Part shown: piece by piece, positions 54,360 to 62,669 of the stretch
How positions within the stretch are numbered: position 1 is the stretch's first letter
Layout of the letters: the number at the start of each line of letters is the position of its first letter
Source of the DNA: Vulcanimicrobiota bacterium
Lineage (GTDB): Bacteria; Vulcanimicrobiota; Vulcanimicrobiia; Vulcanimicrobiales; Vulcanimicrobiaceae
Direction of reading: 5' to 3'
Assembly: GCA_963786105.1 (NCBI GenBank)
Contig: CAWAXX010000023.1
Coordinates: 1 to 64,000 of the forward strand
Length of the DNA: 64,000 nucleotides
The notes under the pieces: generated by a model
Databases searched by the model: none
Told to the model about the DNA's origin: nothing
Seen by the model: the letters and a program-made list of their open reading frames with translations, nothing else
Translations under genes and position numbers: made by a program

Positions 54360-56396
54360 CTACACTGCGGCTTTGGGAGCGACGCGATTGCCGGGAACCG
54401 GATCGTAGCGCTCGTGGCGCCATGAATACGTTCCGCGCCCTTGCGTCGCCGTGCGAAGTTCGGTGATGTACCGCGACAGCTCGACTTGCGGAACGTAGGC
54501 CTCGACGAGATCGAAGCCGGGTCGATCGGCCGGGTTCATTCCGAGGATTTGACCGCGTTTACCGGTCAGCTGCTGTATGACGGCCGACGTATACGCGCTC
54601 GGAACTTCGACCTTCACCGTAACGATCGGTTCGAGCACGACCGGATTGCATTTCGGGAGTGCGTCTCGAACCCCCATACCGGCTGCCGTCTTGAACGATT
54701 GCTCGCTCGAGTCGACGTCGTGATATTGGCCGTCGAACAGGGTGACGTGCAGGTCGGTGATGGGATGGCCACCCGGACCGTGGGCGAGCGCTTCGCGTAC
54801 GCCTTTCTCCACCGCGGGAATGAACTGTCGCGGGACGACGCCGCCGACGATCTTGTCCTCGAAGGTAACCCCCGCGCCGCGCTCGCGCGGTTCGAAACGC
54901 AGCCACACGTCGCCGAACTGACCGTGGCCGCCGGTTTGATGTTTGTACCGCGAATGAATCTCGGCAGACCCGGTGATCGTTTCCAAATACGGAATCGACG
55001 GCGGCGCCGTGTCTACTTCGACCTTGTACTTGCGCGCCAGGCGTTCGACCGCGATCGAGACGTGTTGCTCGCCGCTTCCGAGCAAGAGCAGCTCGTGGGT
55101 GATCTCCGCGCGTTGCAACCGCAACGCGGGATCCTCGTCAACGATGCGCGCGAGCATCTGCGAAATCTTCGCCTCGTCGATGCGCTCTTTCGGCTTGACG
55201 GCAACCGCAAAGACGGGCTCGGCGACCGGAACCCGCGCCAGCAAGACTTTATGGCCGTTCGAGGTCAGAGTATCGCCGGTCGATACCGCTTCCAGACGCG
55301 CCAGCGCGACGAGCGAACCGGGACCGGCTTCCGGGATGGCCTCCTGTTTCTTGCCCTGGAGGCGGTAAAGGCCGCCGAGGCGCACTTTTTCGCCGTCTCG
55401 CGTAACGTCGGCGAGGGTCGCGTCGGATTTGAGCGTTCCCGAAAGAATGCGTGCGATCGAAAGCTTTCCGCTTTGCGGGTGAATCGTGGTCTTGACGACT
55501 TGGGCAATCACCGGACCGGCAGGGTCGGCGGGGATTTCGCGGCCTTCCGCATCGGCTTTCGGAGCGTCGGCGGGCGACGGGAACCACTTTTTCATGGCGC
55601 GTACGAGGGCGGCGACGCCGGCGCCCGACGCTCCCGAAGCGACGAGGACGGGAACGATTTGATCGTGGGCGCACTCTTCGCAAAGATCGCGTTCGACTTC
55701 TTCAAGGGGCGGTTCCACGCCCTCGAGCAGTTCCTCCATCAGATGATCGTCGAAATCGGCGATGGCTTCCAATAATTCGCCGCGCGCCTTTTGGGCTTGC
55801 GCCGCCACGTCTTCGGGAATGGCGTCGTCGGTTTCGCGGTCTCCGTCGAAACGTCGCGCCTTCATGCCGGCGAGGTCGACGTATCCTTGAAACTGCTCGG
55901 CATTTCCGATCGGCAATTGCTCGGCGACCACGTGGCGCCCGTAGGCGTCTTGCAGTGCCGCCAGCGTGCCGGCGAAGTCGGCGCCCGGACGGTCCATCTT
56001 GTTGATGACGAAGAGATGCGGCATGCGTCCCGCTTCGAGGAAATCGACGACCGCCTGCGTTTGAACGACGCGAGCGGGATCGGCTTCCACCACCACGACG
56101 GCGGCGTCGACGCCGCAAAGCGCGGCCTTGGTCTCTCCGAAGAAGTCGACGAATCCCGGGCAGTCGACGATGGTGATGTCGACGTCGTCCGAGGTGGCGT
56201 GGGCGAACCCGACGGTCGTAGATTGCACGTGGGCGACGTCTTCGGGCTCGTGATCGGTAACCGTCGTTCCCTCGGCAATCGAACCTCGGCGCCCGATCGC
56301 AGCCGTGTGCGCCAGAACCGCCTCAACGAGGGTTGTCTTGCCTGCGTGATGGGGACCTACGAAAGCAATATTGCGTAGGCGAGCGATATCCGCCAT
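54360..56396 (-). CDS. Elongation factor G paralog (EF-G2-like)
   Basis: GPHHAGKTT, DCPGF, NKMD, GEQH, HQTGGHGQFG, DG.YHDVDSSE, LEPI. Confidence 0.9.
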   Translation of the reverse strand: MADIARLRNIAFVGPHHAGKTTLVEAVLAHTAAIGRRGSIAEGTTVTDHEPEDVAHVQSTTVGFAHATSDDVDITIVDCPGFVDFFGETKAALCGVDAAVVVVEADPARVVQTQAVVDFLEAGRMPHLFVINKMDRPGADFAGTLAALQDAYGRHVVAEQLPIGNAEQFQGYVDLAGMKARRFDGDRETDDAIPEDVAAQAQKARGELLEAIADFDDHLMEELLEGVEPPLEEVERDLCEECAHDQIVPVLVASGASGAGVAALVRAMKKWFPSPADAPKADAEGREIPADPAGPVIAQVVKTTIHPQSGKLSIARILSGTLKSDATLADVTRDGEKVRLGGLYRLQGKKQEAIPEAGPGSLVALARLEAVSTGDTLTSNGHKVLLARVPVAEPVFAVAVKPKERIDEAKISQMLARIVDEDPALRLQRAEITHELLLLGSGEQHVSIAVERLARKYKVEVDTAPPSIPYLETITGSAEIHSRYKHQTGGHGQFGDVWLRFEPRERGAGVTFEDKIVGGVVPRQFIPAVEKGVREALAHGPGGHPITDLHVTLFDGQYHDVDSSEQSFKTAAGMGVRDALPKCNPVVLEPIVTVKVEVPSAYTSAVIQQLTGKRGQILGMNPADRPGFDLVEAYVPQVELSRYITELRTATQGRGTYSWRHERYDPVPGNRVAPKAAV

Positions 56397-56426
56397 CCCA
56401 CTCTCCTTTAAGAAACTTCTCGGCGT

Positions 56427-58040
56427 CTAGCGACGCCGAGACGTTGTTTTTTTCTTGGTTGCCGAACCCTTGCTCGGGGCTTTCGACGGTTTGCGGACGA
56501 CCTTTTTCACCGGCGGTTTCGGCGCGCGCTTTTTTGGCTTGCCCGCTGCCTTCACCACGGCGCGTTTTACGGGCGCGCGTTTCTTCGGCACGGCTTTAGC
56601 CCGAAGGGGCTTTTTCTTGCTTGCCGGGCGAGCGGCTTTGGCCGGCTTGCGCGCCGCCGGGGCGCTCTGGGCTCTTGCCGGAGGCTTGGTCACCTTCGAC
56701 CGAGATTTCGCGGATTTTGCGGCCTGCTTCACCGCGGGGACCGGAGGTTTCTTGAGAACCACCGCAGGTTTGGCCGGCTTTTTTTTGGCCGGCGGTGGGG
56801 CGGCGGTGCGCGCGGCTTTGGCCTTGCCCGAAGAAGACGACGACTCTGGCGTACGCCGCGACGTGCTCTTTGGCGGCGTCTCCGCGCGCTTGCCGGAGCG
56901 CGCCGGACCGCTCGTACGCTTTGAAGCCGCTTCGCGGGCCGCGCGAGCGCTTTCGCGCCGCGCCGACGCCGGCATTTCGGCCTGCTCGGGCAGACCGAGT
57001 TCGGCTCGCCCAAATCCGGTGATGCTGCTTCCCGGAACGAACGTTTCCCGCGTCTTCGCTTGGGCTTCGAGGTGCTCGGGGGTCGCGCGCAGCGCAACCC
57101 GCGCCAGGCGACCTCCTACTGGGAACACGATCTCGTTGATCTTGGCGTCGTCGAGCATTTTCAGCACGACGTCGAAAGCGTTCCCTTGGTCTTTCGGGCT
57201 GTGCGCGTCGGAACCGATCGCGATACCGACGCCGAGGGCTTTGGCTTTGCGCACTAGTCGCGCGTTGGCGTCGAGATACTTCTTCTTGAGGTCGGCGGGG
57301 TTGTCGCGATACAGGAAGCGGGTGTTGACCTCAACGGCGAGTCCGCGCGAGTGGCAGACCGTCAAGAGGCGGTCCTCATACTCTTCCAGTCGCTTTTGAG
57401 CGGGCCAGCGGCCCAGGTGCGCCGGCGAGTAGAACTGGCCGACGATGTGCGCCGGCAATTTCTCGAGATCGTCGAGCAGCTTGGCGGCGTACAACTCCCA
57501 CAGTCTGTCGGGGCCGACGACATCGTGAAGTTGGGCAAATTCGTCGTTGTCGAAGGCCCACGCCCAATCGGCGCCTTTTTCGGGATGGTCGATAGTGACG
57601 AAGTTGACCGAGCGAATGAGTCCGTCCGGACGCATCGCGTCGACGATGTTTTGCGCGTCGGGTCTGGCGCGGGGATCATTGTCGACTTCCGCGCCGATAG
57701 AGAAGCGCATGCCGCGGCGCAGCGCCTCGGAAACGAAGAACGCATGGGGCACGTCGACGCCGGCCGTCTCCGCTGCGCCGTGGAGATCGCCGGCGTGTGC
57801 GAGCTTGAGCGCGCGGCGCACCGTGTTCACCGCGCCGGGATCTTCAAAGGTGAGATAGTTGATGTGGTCGGCGACCATCAAAAAACGGGGCGAATTACGC
57901 CGGCAAGCGTGGTAAAACCATAGGAAAAGCATCCGAGCTGAATACGCAATCGGACGCTCCTCGGCGAAAGGCCGGTGTTCCCCTTTAGCGTGGCCGTGAA
58001 CGTCGGGGATGGCCGCAATACGTGGGTCGCTCAGGGGCAC
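56427..58040 (-). CDS. PHP-domain (histidinol-phosphatase-like) protein with Lys/Ala/Pro-rich histone-H1-like C-terminal tail
   Basis: DVHGH, ADH, GAEVD, EVNT, GSDAHSP; last ~180 aa are a low-complexity basic tail. Confidence 0.75.
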   Translation of the reverse strand: MPLSDPRIAAIPDVHGHAKGEHRPFAEERPIAYSARMLFLWFYHACRRNSPRFLMVADHINYLTFEDPGAVNTVRRALKLAHAGDLHGAAETAGVDVPHAFFVSEALRRGMRFSIGAEVDNDPRARPDAQNIVDAMRPDGLIRSVNFVTIDHPEKGADWAWAFDNDEFAQLHDVVGPDRLWELYAAKLLDDLEKLPAHIVGQFYSPAHLGRWPAQKRLEEYEDRLLTVCHSRGLAVEVNTRFLYRDNPADLKKKYLDANARLVRKAKALGVGIAIGSDAHSPKDQGNAFDVVLKMLDDAKINEIVFPVGGRLARVALRATPEHLEAQAKTRETFVPGSSITGFGRAELGLPEQAEMPASARRESARAAREAASKRTSGPARSGKRAETPPKSTSRRTPESSSSSGKAKAARTAAPPPAKKKPAKPAVVLKKPPVPAVKQAAKSAKSRSKVTKPPARAQSAPAARKPAKAARPASKKKPLRAKAVPKKRAPVKRAVVKAAGKPKKRAPKPPVKKVVRKPSKAPSKGSATKKKTTSRRR

Positions 58041-58131
58041 TCATTCCTTCGTATCGCGCAAGGATCGATGAAAACGTACGTTGCCACCTTCGCTAAGGTT
58101 GGCGCCGACTGACCATTCCCCTCCGAAGGAG

Positions 58132-58884
58132 TCAAAGGGAAGCGTCGATTTTATTCGCCCTGTAGCCTTCCATTTCGAGGAGCCGAGCCTTCATGTCGAG
58201 TCCGTAGTAATAGTCGTGAAGGGCACCGGACGAATCCACGACGCGGTGGCACGGGAACAGCAGCGGCAGCGGATTGCGCGCCATGACGCGTCCGACTGCG
58301 CGCGCCGCGCGCGGGCGGCCGATCTGCATCGCCACCCACGAGTACGAACGCACTTCGCCTGGCGGGATCTGAGCCGTCGCGCGTAGAGCCGCTTGCTCGA
58401 ACGGCGTTAAATCGCTGATGTCGACCATCGCGTCTTCCACCTTCCAGGTGTGGAAGAATCGGTCGAGCGTCTCGCGTAACCAGCCGGGAGCGTCGCCGAC
58501 GACGACAGGCCGGCGCAAACGCCGCTCGACTCGCTCGCGAACCGCTTCCATCGAGTCGCCGGTGTCGATGCCGATGTAGGCGATACGATTTTCCTTGAAT
58601 CCAACGTGCACGCGCCCGATCGGCGTGTCGGCCGCACAAAGCAGGATCGGCGTGCGATTCTTGAGCTTGATCGTGGCGATGTGTTCGACGACTTTCTTTG
58701 TGAGGTTGCACGACGGCTCGGGCTGCGGTAGACAGGAGAGGCAGTAAGCCACGCCCTCGAACTCTTGGTAGAGCTCTTGGCAGGGCGGGCACGCAAGGAG
58801 ATGGGTGTGAACGGTCTCTTTGAGCGACTTTTGGCAGTCGCCGCGGATTTCGTCCCACATAGCCTCGACGTCACGACAGCGCAT
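58132..58884 (-). CDS. zf-HC2 (ZAS) anti-sigma domain fused to methylated-DNA--protein-cysteine methyltransferase
   Basis: MRC..HLLACPPC (HxxxCxxC) N-terminus; TPIG, IPPGEVRSY, AARAVG, NP, PCHRVV; GAAGGAG RBS upstream. Confidence 0.9.
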   Translation of the reverse strand: MRCRDVEAMWDEIRGDCQKSLKETVHTHLLACPPCQELYQEFEGVAYCLSCLPQPEPSCNLTKKVVEHIATIKLKNRTPILLCAADTPIGRVHVGFKENRIAYIGIDTGDSMEAVRERVERRLRRPVVVGDAPGWLRETLDRFFHTWKVEDAMVDISDLTPFEQAALRATAQIPPGEVRSYSWVAMQIGRPRAARAVGRVMARNPLPLLFPCHRVVDSSGALHDYYYGLDMKARLLEMEGYRANKIDASL

Positions 58885-59542
58885 GCAGGGGTGCTCCTTC
58901 GGGGGTAAATCGTCCAATTTGGGGGCCGAGAATGCGCCGCAGAATACGGACCGCGCGGTGCACGTGCGACTTCACCGTGCCGATGGGCTGGTGCAGGATT
59001 TCGGCGATCTCCGGGTGGCTTCGGCCCTCGATAAAGCGTAGCGTCGCGGCGGCGCGCAGGTGCATCGGAAGTTGCATGAGCGCTCTTTCCACCAAGGCAA
59101 CCTCGGTGTTTCGCTCGACGATCGTTTCGGGCTGGGGTGGGCCTTCGTTAGATTCGCGCAGCAGAGCGTCTGGATCGGCGAGGGCGTCAAGGGCCACGTT
59201 GGAAGGCCGCTTGCTCCTGAGCCGATTCCTGGTGACGTTCAGTGTGATCGTATAGAGCCACGGTTGCAACCGCAACTCCGAGCGCTGCTCGGACGACATC
59301 TTCCCAAGAGCCCGATAAGCACGAACGAACGCATCCTGCACGATCTCCTCGGCGTCTTCGCGGTTGCCGGTCATGCGTAAAGCGAAACCGTAGAGGCGAC
59401 GCTGGTAGTCGTCGACGATCCGCTCGAATCCATCGATGCTCGGAACGGACGGACCCGCCAGCCGAGCGGCCGCGGACTTCCCCGTCGGAACCGCTGAAGG
59501 CACGTGTACTCCCCGCAGGAGCGGTGCCGCAAGCGCACTCAT
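58871..59542 (-). CDS. ECF-type sigma-70 factor
   Basis: Region 2 (YQRRLYGFALRMTGNREDAEEIVQDAF, WLY.I..N) and region 4 (LP..LR, GRSHPEIA, GTVKS..HRA). Confidence 0.93.
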   Translation of the reverse strand: MSALAAPLLRGVHVPSAVPTGKSAAARLAGPSVPSIDGFERIVDDYQRRLYGFALRMTGNREDAEEIVQDAFVRAYRALGKMSSEQRSELRLQPWLYTITLNVTRNRLRSKRPSNVALDALADPDALLRESNEGPPQPETIVERNTEVALVERALMQLPMHLRAAATLRFIEGRSHPEIAEILHQPIGTVKSHVHRAVRILRRILGPQIGRFTPEGAPLHALS

Positions 59543-59695
59543 ACAGGTGCTCGGACCACCGCCGCCTGCCGCCTGGTTTCACATGCGCCCCGAAAACTCC
59601 TGAGAGGCCGCCCGAACGACCCCAGGAAGATGACGACCTTCCTCCAAAGGTGGGCCCATGACGCTGTCTCCGGCCGGCCGTCTCGAACGACCTAC

Positions 59696-59734
59696 AACCG
59701 CTTCCGCCTGCAATGAGGAAGCGGTTTTTTATTT
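59696..59734 (+). terminator. Rho-independent terminator
   Basis: AACCGCTTCC-11 nt-GGAAGCGGTT perfect stem followed by TTTTATTT. Confidence 0.72.
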
Positions 59735-59805
59735 CGTCAGCGCGCGCGCTGACGCCGGAACTTGGGAAGCGCAGGTTTCACGCTGAATGAAGAGGTGGGC
59801 CATCT

Positions 59806-60198
59806 ATGGGACTAACCATCGAACCGACGGAGATCTCGTTCGACGCGTACACGATGTGCAGTTTTCTTCCGAATCTCGATTCGACCCGCGCGATACCCCT
59901 CGTGCTCATCGGCTACCGTCAAAACGAAGACCCATGGTTCGTTTGGCTCGTTCCTAAGGAAGGCGTTTCTCCCGAAGGGCTAACCGGCGATCCGTACTAT
60001 GCGAAAGTTCTGCGCGATCCGTTAGCGTATTTTCGCAAGAAGCTCGGAAAGTACGTTGAGGAAACGGGCTGCGTCAAGCGCGGGATCGAAATGCTCATCA
60101 ACTGCCACCAAAATCACTTGGCGTTCACGCCGCTTACAGAGTTGGGCGAGACGCCCTTTCGCCACCCGTTGCAAGTGGAGTTGGTAGAGGCGTTCTAA
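59806..60198 (+). CDS. Hypothetical protein (130 aa)
   Basis: ATG preceded by GAGGTG; natural-looking composition; no recognised motif. Confidence 0.65.
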   Translation: MGLTIEPTEISFDAYTMCSFLPNLDSTRAIPLVLIGYRQNEDPWFVWLVPKEGVSPEGLTGDPYYAKVLRDPLAYFRKKLGKYVEETGCVKRGIEMLINCHQNHLAFTPLTELGETPFRHPLQVELVEAF

Positions 60199-60913
60199 CC
60201 CCTTGGGCGTTTGCCGGAGCCGGGGAACTTTGCGTACTCGACGCGTGAATGGAGCGGCGGTAGACGATTCGTACCGGCACCGTTTCCGACCCGTCGTGGA
60301 GTTGCGCGACGATGGTCAGCGTCGCGTCGAGCGACAGCAGCATCGCGTCGTCGAGCGAGTAGTACGCCATACCGTCCATGCGCATGTGCCCCGACATGGT
60401 CGCGTTGGCCCGGGTGGGCATCGGCGCGGTCATCGGTCCGTCCGCTTCGAATCGCACGGCGACCGCCGGACGGCCGCCGATTCTGCCGCTCGTCCCCGGC
60501 CGTAGAAATCCACGCAGCACGGCTTGCCCACCCAGCGGCGACGTTGCCGAGAAGGGGACCGGCCCGTGGAGGTTTCGCAAGTCGCGTATCGTGACGTCGT
60601 CCAACTGAACCGCAAATGGTTGGTTGAGCACGGTCAAGAAATCGGGATCGTCATCGATCCGATCCTCGAACGTTCCGTTGGGCAGCAGCTCCTGCACGAA
60701 ACGCGCGTTGACGTGCGTACTGCCGTCGGCGGCACTGCGCGCGTAGCGGGCTTGAGCGTCGTACCGAGTGCGGTTGCCCTGGCGCTCGACGGTGAGACGT
60801 TGTCTTCCGGCGTACGCGACTCGGGAAACAACGCCGGCCGACCCAACGTGATAAACGTCCTCGCCGCTGACGTCGTATTGCTGGTCCGCGAGTGCGGGCC
60901 GAACCGTCGCCAA
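60134..60913 (-). CDS. Hypothetical secreted beta-rich protein
   Basis: Signal peptide (..GFLIAALLATVRPALA); real start probably slightly upstream of 60913. Confidence 0.6.
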   Translation of the reverse strand: MATVRPALADQQYDVSGEDVYHVGSAGVVSRVAYAGRQRLTVERQGNRTRYDAQARYARSAADGSTHVNARFVQELLPNGTFEDRIDDDPDFLTVLNQPFAVQLDDVTIRDLRNLHGPVPFSATSPLGGQAVLRGFLRPGTSGRIGGRPAVAVRFEADGPMTAPMPTRANATMSGHMRMDGMAYYSLDDAMLLSLDATLTIVAQLHDGSETVPVRIVYRRSIHASSTQSSPAPANAQGVRTPLPTPLATGGERASRPTL

Positions 60914-61023
60914 TAGCGCAGCGATCAGAAACCCGGCTACTCTGATTCGGGGGAGTGAAATGGCGCGCTCCGTTTCGAAATGGGCCGTTTCTCTTTACAC
61001 TATCACCCGCTGCAAGTGAGGTT

Positions 61024-61347
61024 TTAGCGGAGCGTTCCGGCGTGCCGGCGCCGGCCGATATAGAAACGCACGTCGACGGTGCCGCCGCATACGACCACGG
61101 CGTCGGCGTCGGCGAAGCGGCGCCCTTCGATCTCGACGGTGAAGTCGCCCTCGGCGAGGCCTGCGAGCGTGCGACGAATGCTGCGGAGAAACTTGTCGTG
61201 AGGAGCGCGCGTTCCGATCGCTTCGCGAACGGCCAGCGCGATGAGTTCCCCAACGCGCAGTGGCGTGGCGAGCGCAAAGGCCGCCGAGCCGTCCGTAGCG
61301 ACGGCGTGGAGATCGAGCGGTACCCGCACGCGAATCACACACATCAT
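61024..61347 (-). CDS. Hypothetical protein
   Basis: MMCVIRVRVPLD...VDVRFY ORF filling a gap; no motif recognised. Confidence 0.5.
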   Translation of the reverse strand: MMCVIRVRVPLDLHAVATDGSAAFALATPLRVGELIALAVREAIGTRAPHDKFLRSIRRTLAGLAEGDFTVEIEGRRFADADAVVVCGGTVDVRFYIGRRRHAGTLR

Positions 61348-61396
61348 TTTCTGCTGCTTCGAGGAGCTGCCTGCCGGCGGGGATAACCGTAGAGGC

Positions 61397-61795
61397 GTGT
61401 CCCAACTCGGGAATGTGCCGGCCGACGTGCTGGTGGGTACCGTCGAGAAGCTCGTCGCCAAAATGGACGAGACCGACCTCGCCACCGTCTACGAGCGCGA
61501 CCTGTCCGCCATGCCGGCCGACGCGTTCGGCGCTTTCGTCGAAGCGATGTTCGACGCGTTCCGCGAGCGCGGTGAATCCTCCGAAGACGCGGTCGAAGGC
61601 GCCGGCACGACGCTCGAGGGAATTGCGCAACGCGACGCCCGCGCCGTGAGCGCGTTACTGGAATATGCGCGCACGAATCCCGGCCTCCTGAAGGAGGCGA
61701 CCACCCTCTTCGTCGAGCAACGTCCCGATCTCGTTGCAACGCTTCCAGCGATGCTGTACGGCGCTATCGCCGAGCGGTTGTCACCCGTCACGTGA
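61397..61795 (+). CDS. Hypothetical all-helical protein
   Basis: GTG with AGAGG RBS; acidic helical sequence; stop overlaps the next start. Confidence 0.6.
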   Translation: MSQLGNVPADVLVGTVEKLVAKMDETDLATVYERDLSAMPADAFGAFVEAMFDAFRERGESSEDAVEGAGTTLEGIAQRDARAVSALLEYARTNPGLLKEATTLFVEQRPDLVATLPAMLYGAIAERLSPVT

Positions 61796-62580
61796 GCGGC
61801 GCTCCGCGTCGCCGGCGCTCCGACGACGATTCGGGTGGAGGCGGCGGTCTGCCGCTGTTCCCGCTCGTCGTGATCGTCATTTTTGCAGGGTTGTTGCTCG
61901 GGGGTTTGTTGGCACACTTCTTCGGAGGTTCGGCAAGCCCGCCGAAAGCGGCACCGAGCTCGCAGACCGCGGCGGTGGTCGCGACCCCGACGCCGTTCGC
62001 GCTCGTCACGCCGCTACCGCGTTCCTCACCGAAGCCGCGGAGCTCGAGCGTGCCCTCACCGAAAGCGTCGACATCGCCGACGCCCTTGCCGACGCCAACG
62101 GTCACGCCCACGCCCGCCAGGAGTGCGGCCGTCTCGCCAAAGCCGTCAGTTTCGGCGACGGCACGCGGCGTCGCGGTGGTGACCCCGGCGGCGTCACGTA
62201 CGCCGGCGGTTAAGCGGACGGCCGCGGTCGTTACCGCCGCGCCCGCGACGCCGGCGCGCGCTGCTGCCGTAACGCCGGTTCCCAACTACGTTTCGCCCGG
62301 CCCCGATCAGGCTGCAGGGATCGTTCGCTCGTATCTCGGCGCGTTGGCGCGTGGGGATCGAGCGACCGCCACGTCATATTTGGCGCGCGGCCTCCCGGGG
62401 GAAACGTTCATGGATTCGAGCGCTCGCGTCGTTTCGGTGCGGCCGAGCACGGTCGGTTCACAATACAGAGTAACCGCCGACGTCCAAACGTCAAGCGGCG
62501 AATACTCCGTAACGTTCATGCTTGAACCCGGCGCCGGCGGTCTGCAAATTATCGACCACTACTCAATAAAAACCCCATAG
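61792..62580 (+). CDS. Membrane-anchored Pro/Thr/Ser-rich protein with small C-terminal domain
   Basis: TM (LPLFPLVVIVIFAGLLLGGLLAHFF), PTPT linker, globular C-terminus. Confidence 0.65.
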   Translation: MSGAPRRRRSDDDSGGGGGLPLFPLVVIVIFAGLLLGGLLAHFFGGSASPPKAAPSSQTAAVVATPTPFALVTPLPRSSPKPRSSSVPSPKASTSPTPLPTPTVTPTPARSAAVSPKPSVSATARGVAVVTPAASRTPAVKRTAAVVTAAPATPARAAAVTPVPNYVSPGPDQAAGIVRSYLGALARGDRATATSYLARGLPGETFMDSSARVVSVRPSTVGSQYRVTADVQTSSGEYSVTFMLEPGAGGLQIIDHYSIKTP

Positions 62581-62669
62581 CCGAAGCCCGATTTGCTTTA
62601 TCTCGTCGTCGCCGACGGCCTCATTTACCACAGTAAACTTCGGCCGCCGGCTCCTCGATCTAAAGCAAA

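Noticed and set aside
59590..59690. Possible glycine, TPP, PyrR or 6S RNA identity for the intergenic element (GGAGA..CTCTCAGG on minus; CTGAGAGG on plus)
   Set aside because: Only fragments match and other core motifs (CCGAAG, GAACCTGATC) are missing, so no family was assigned
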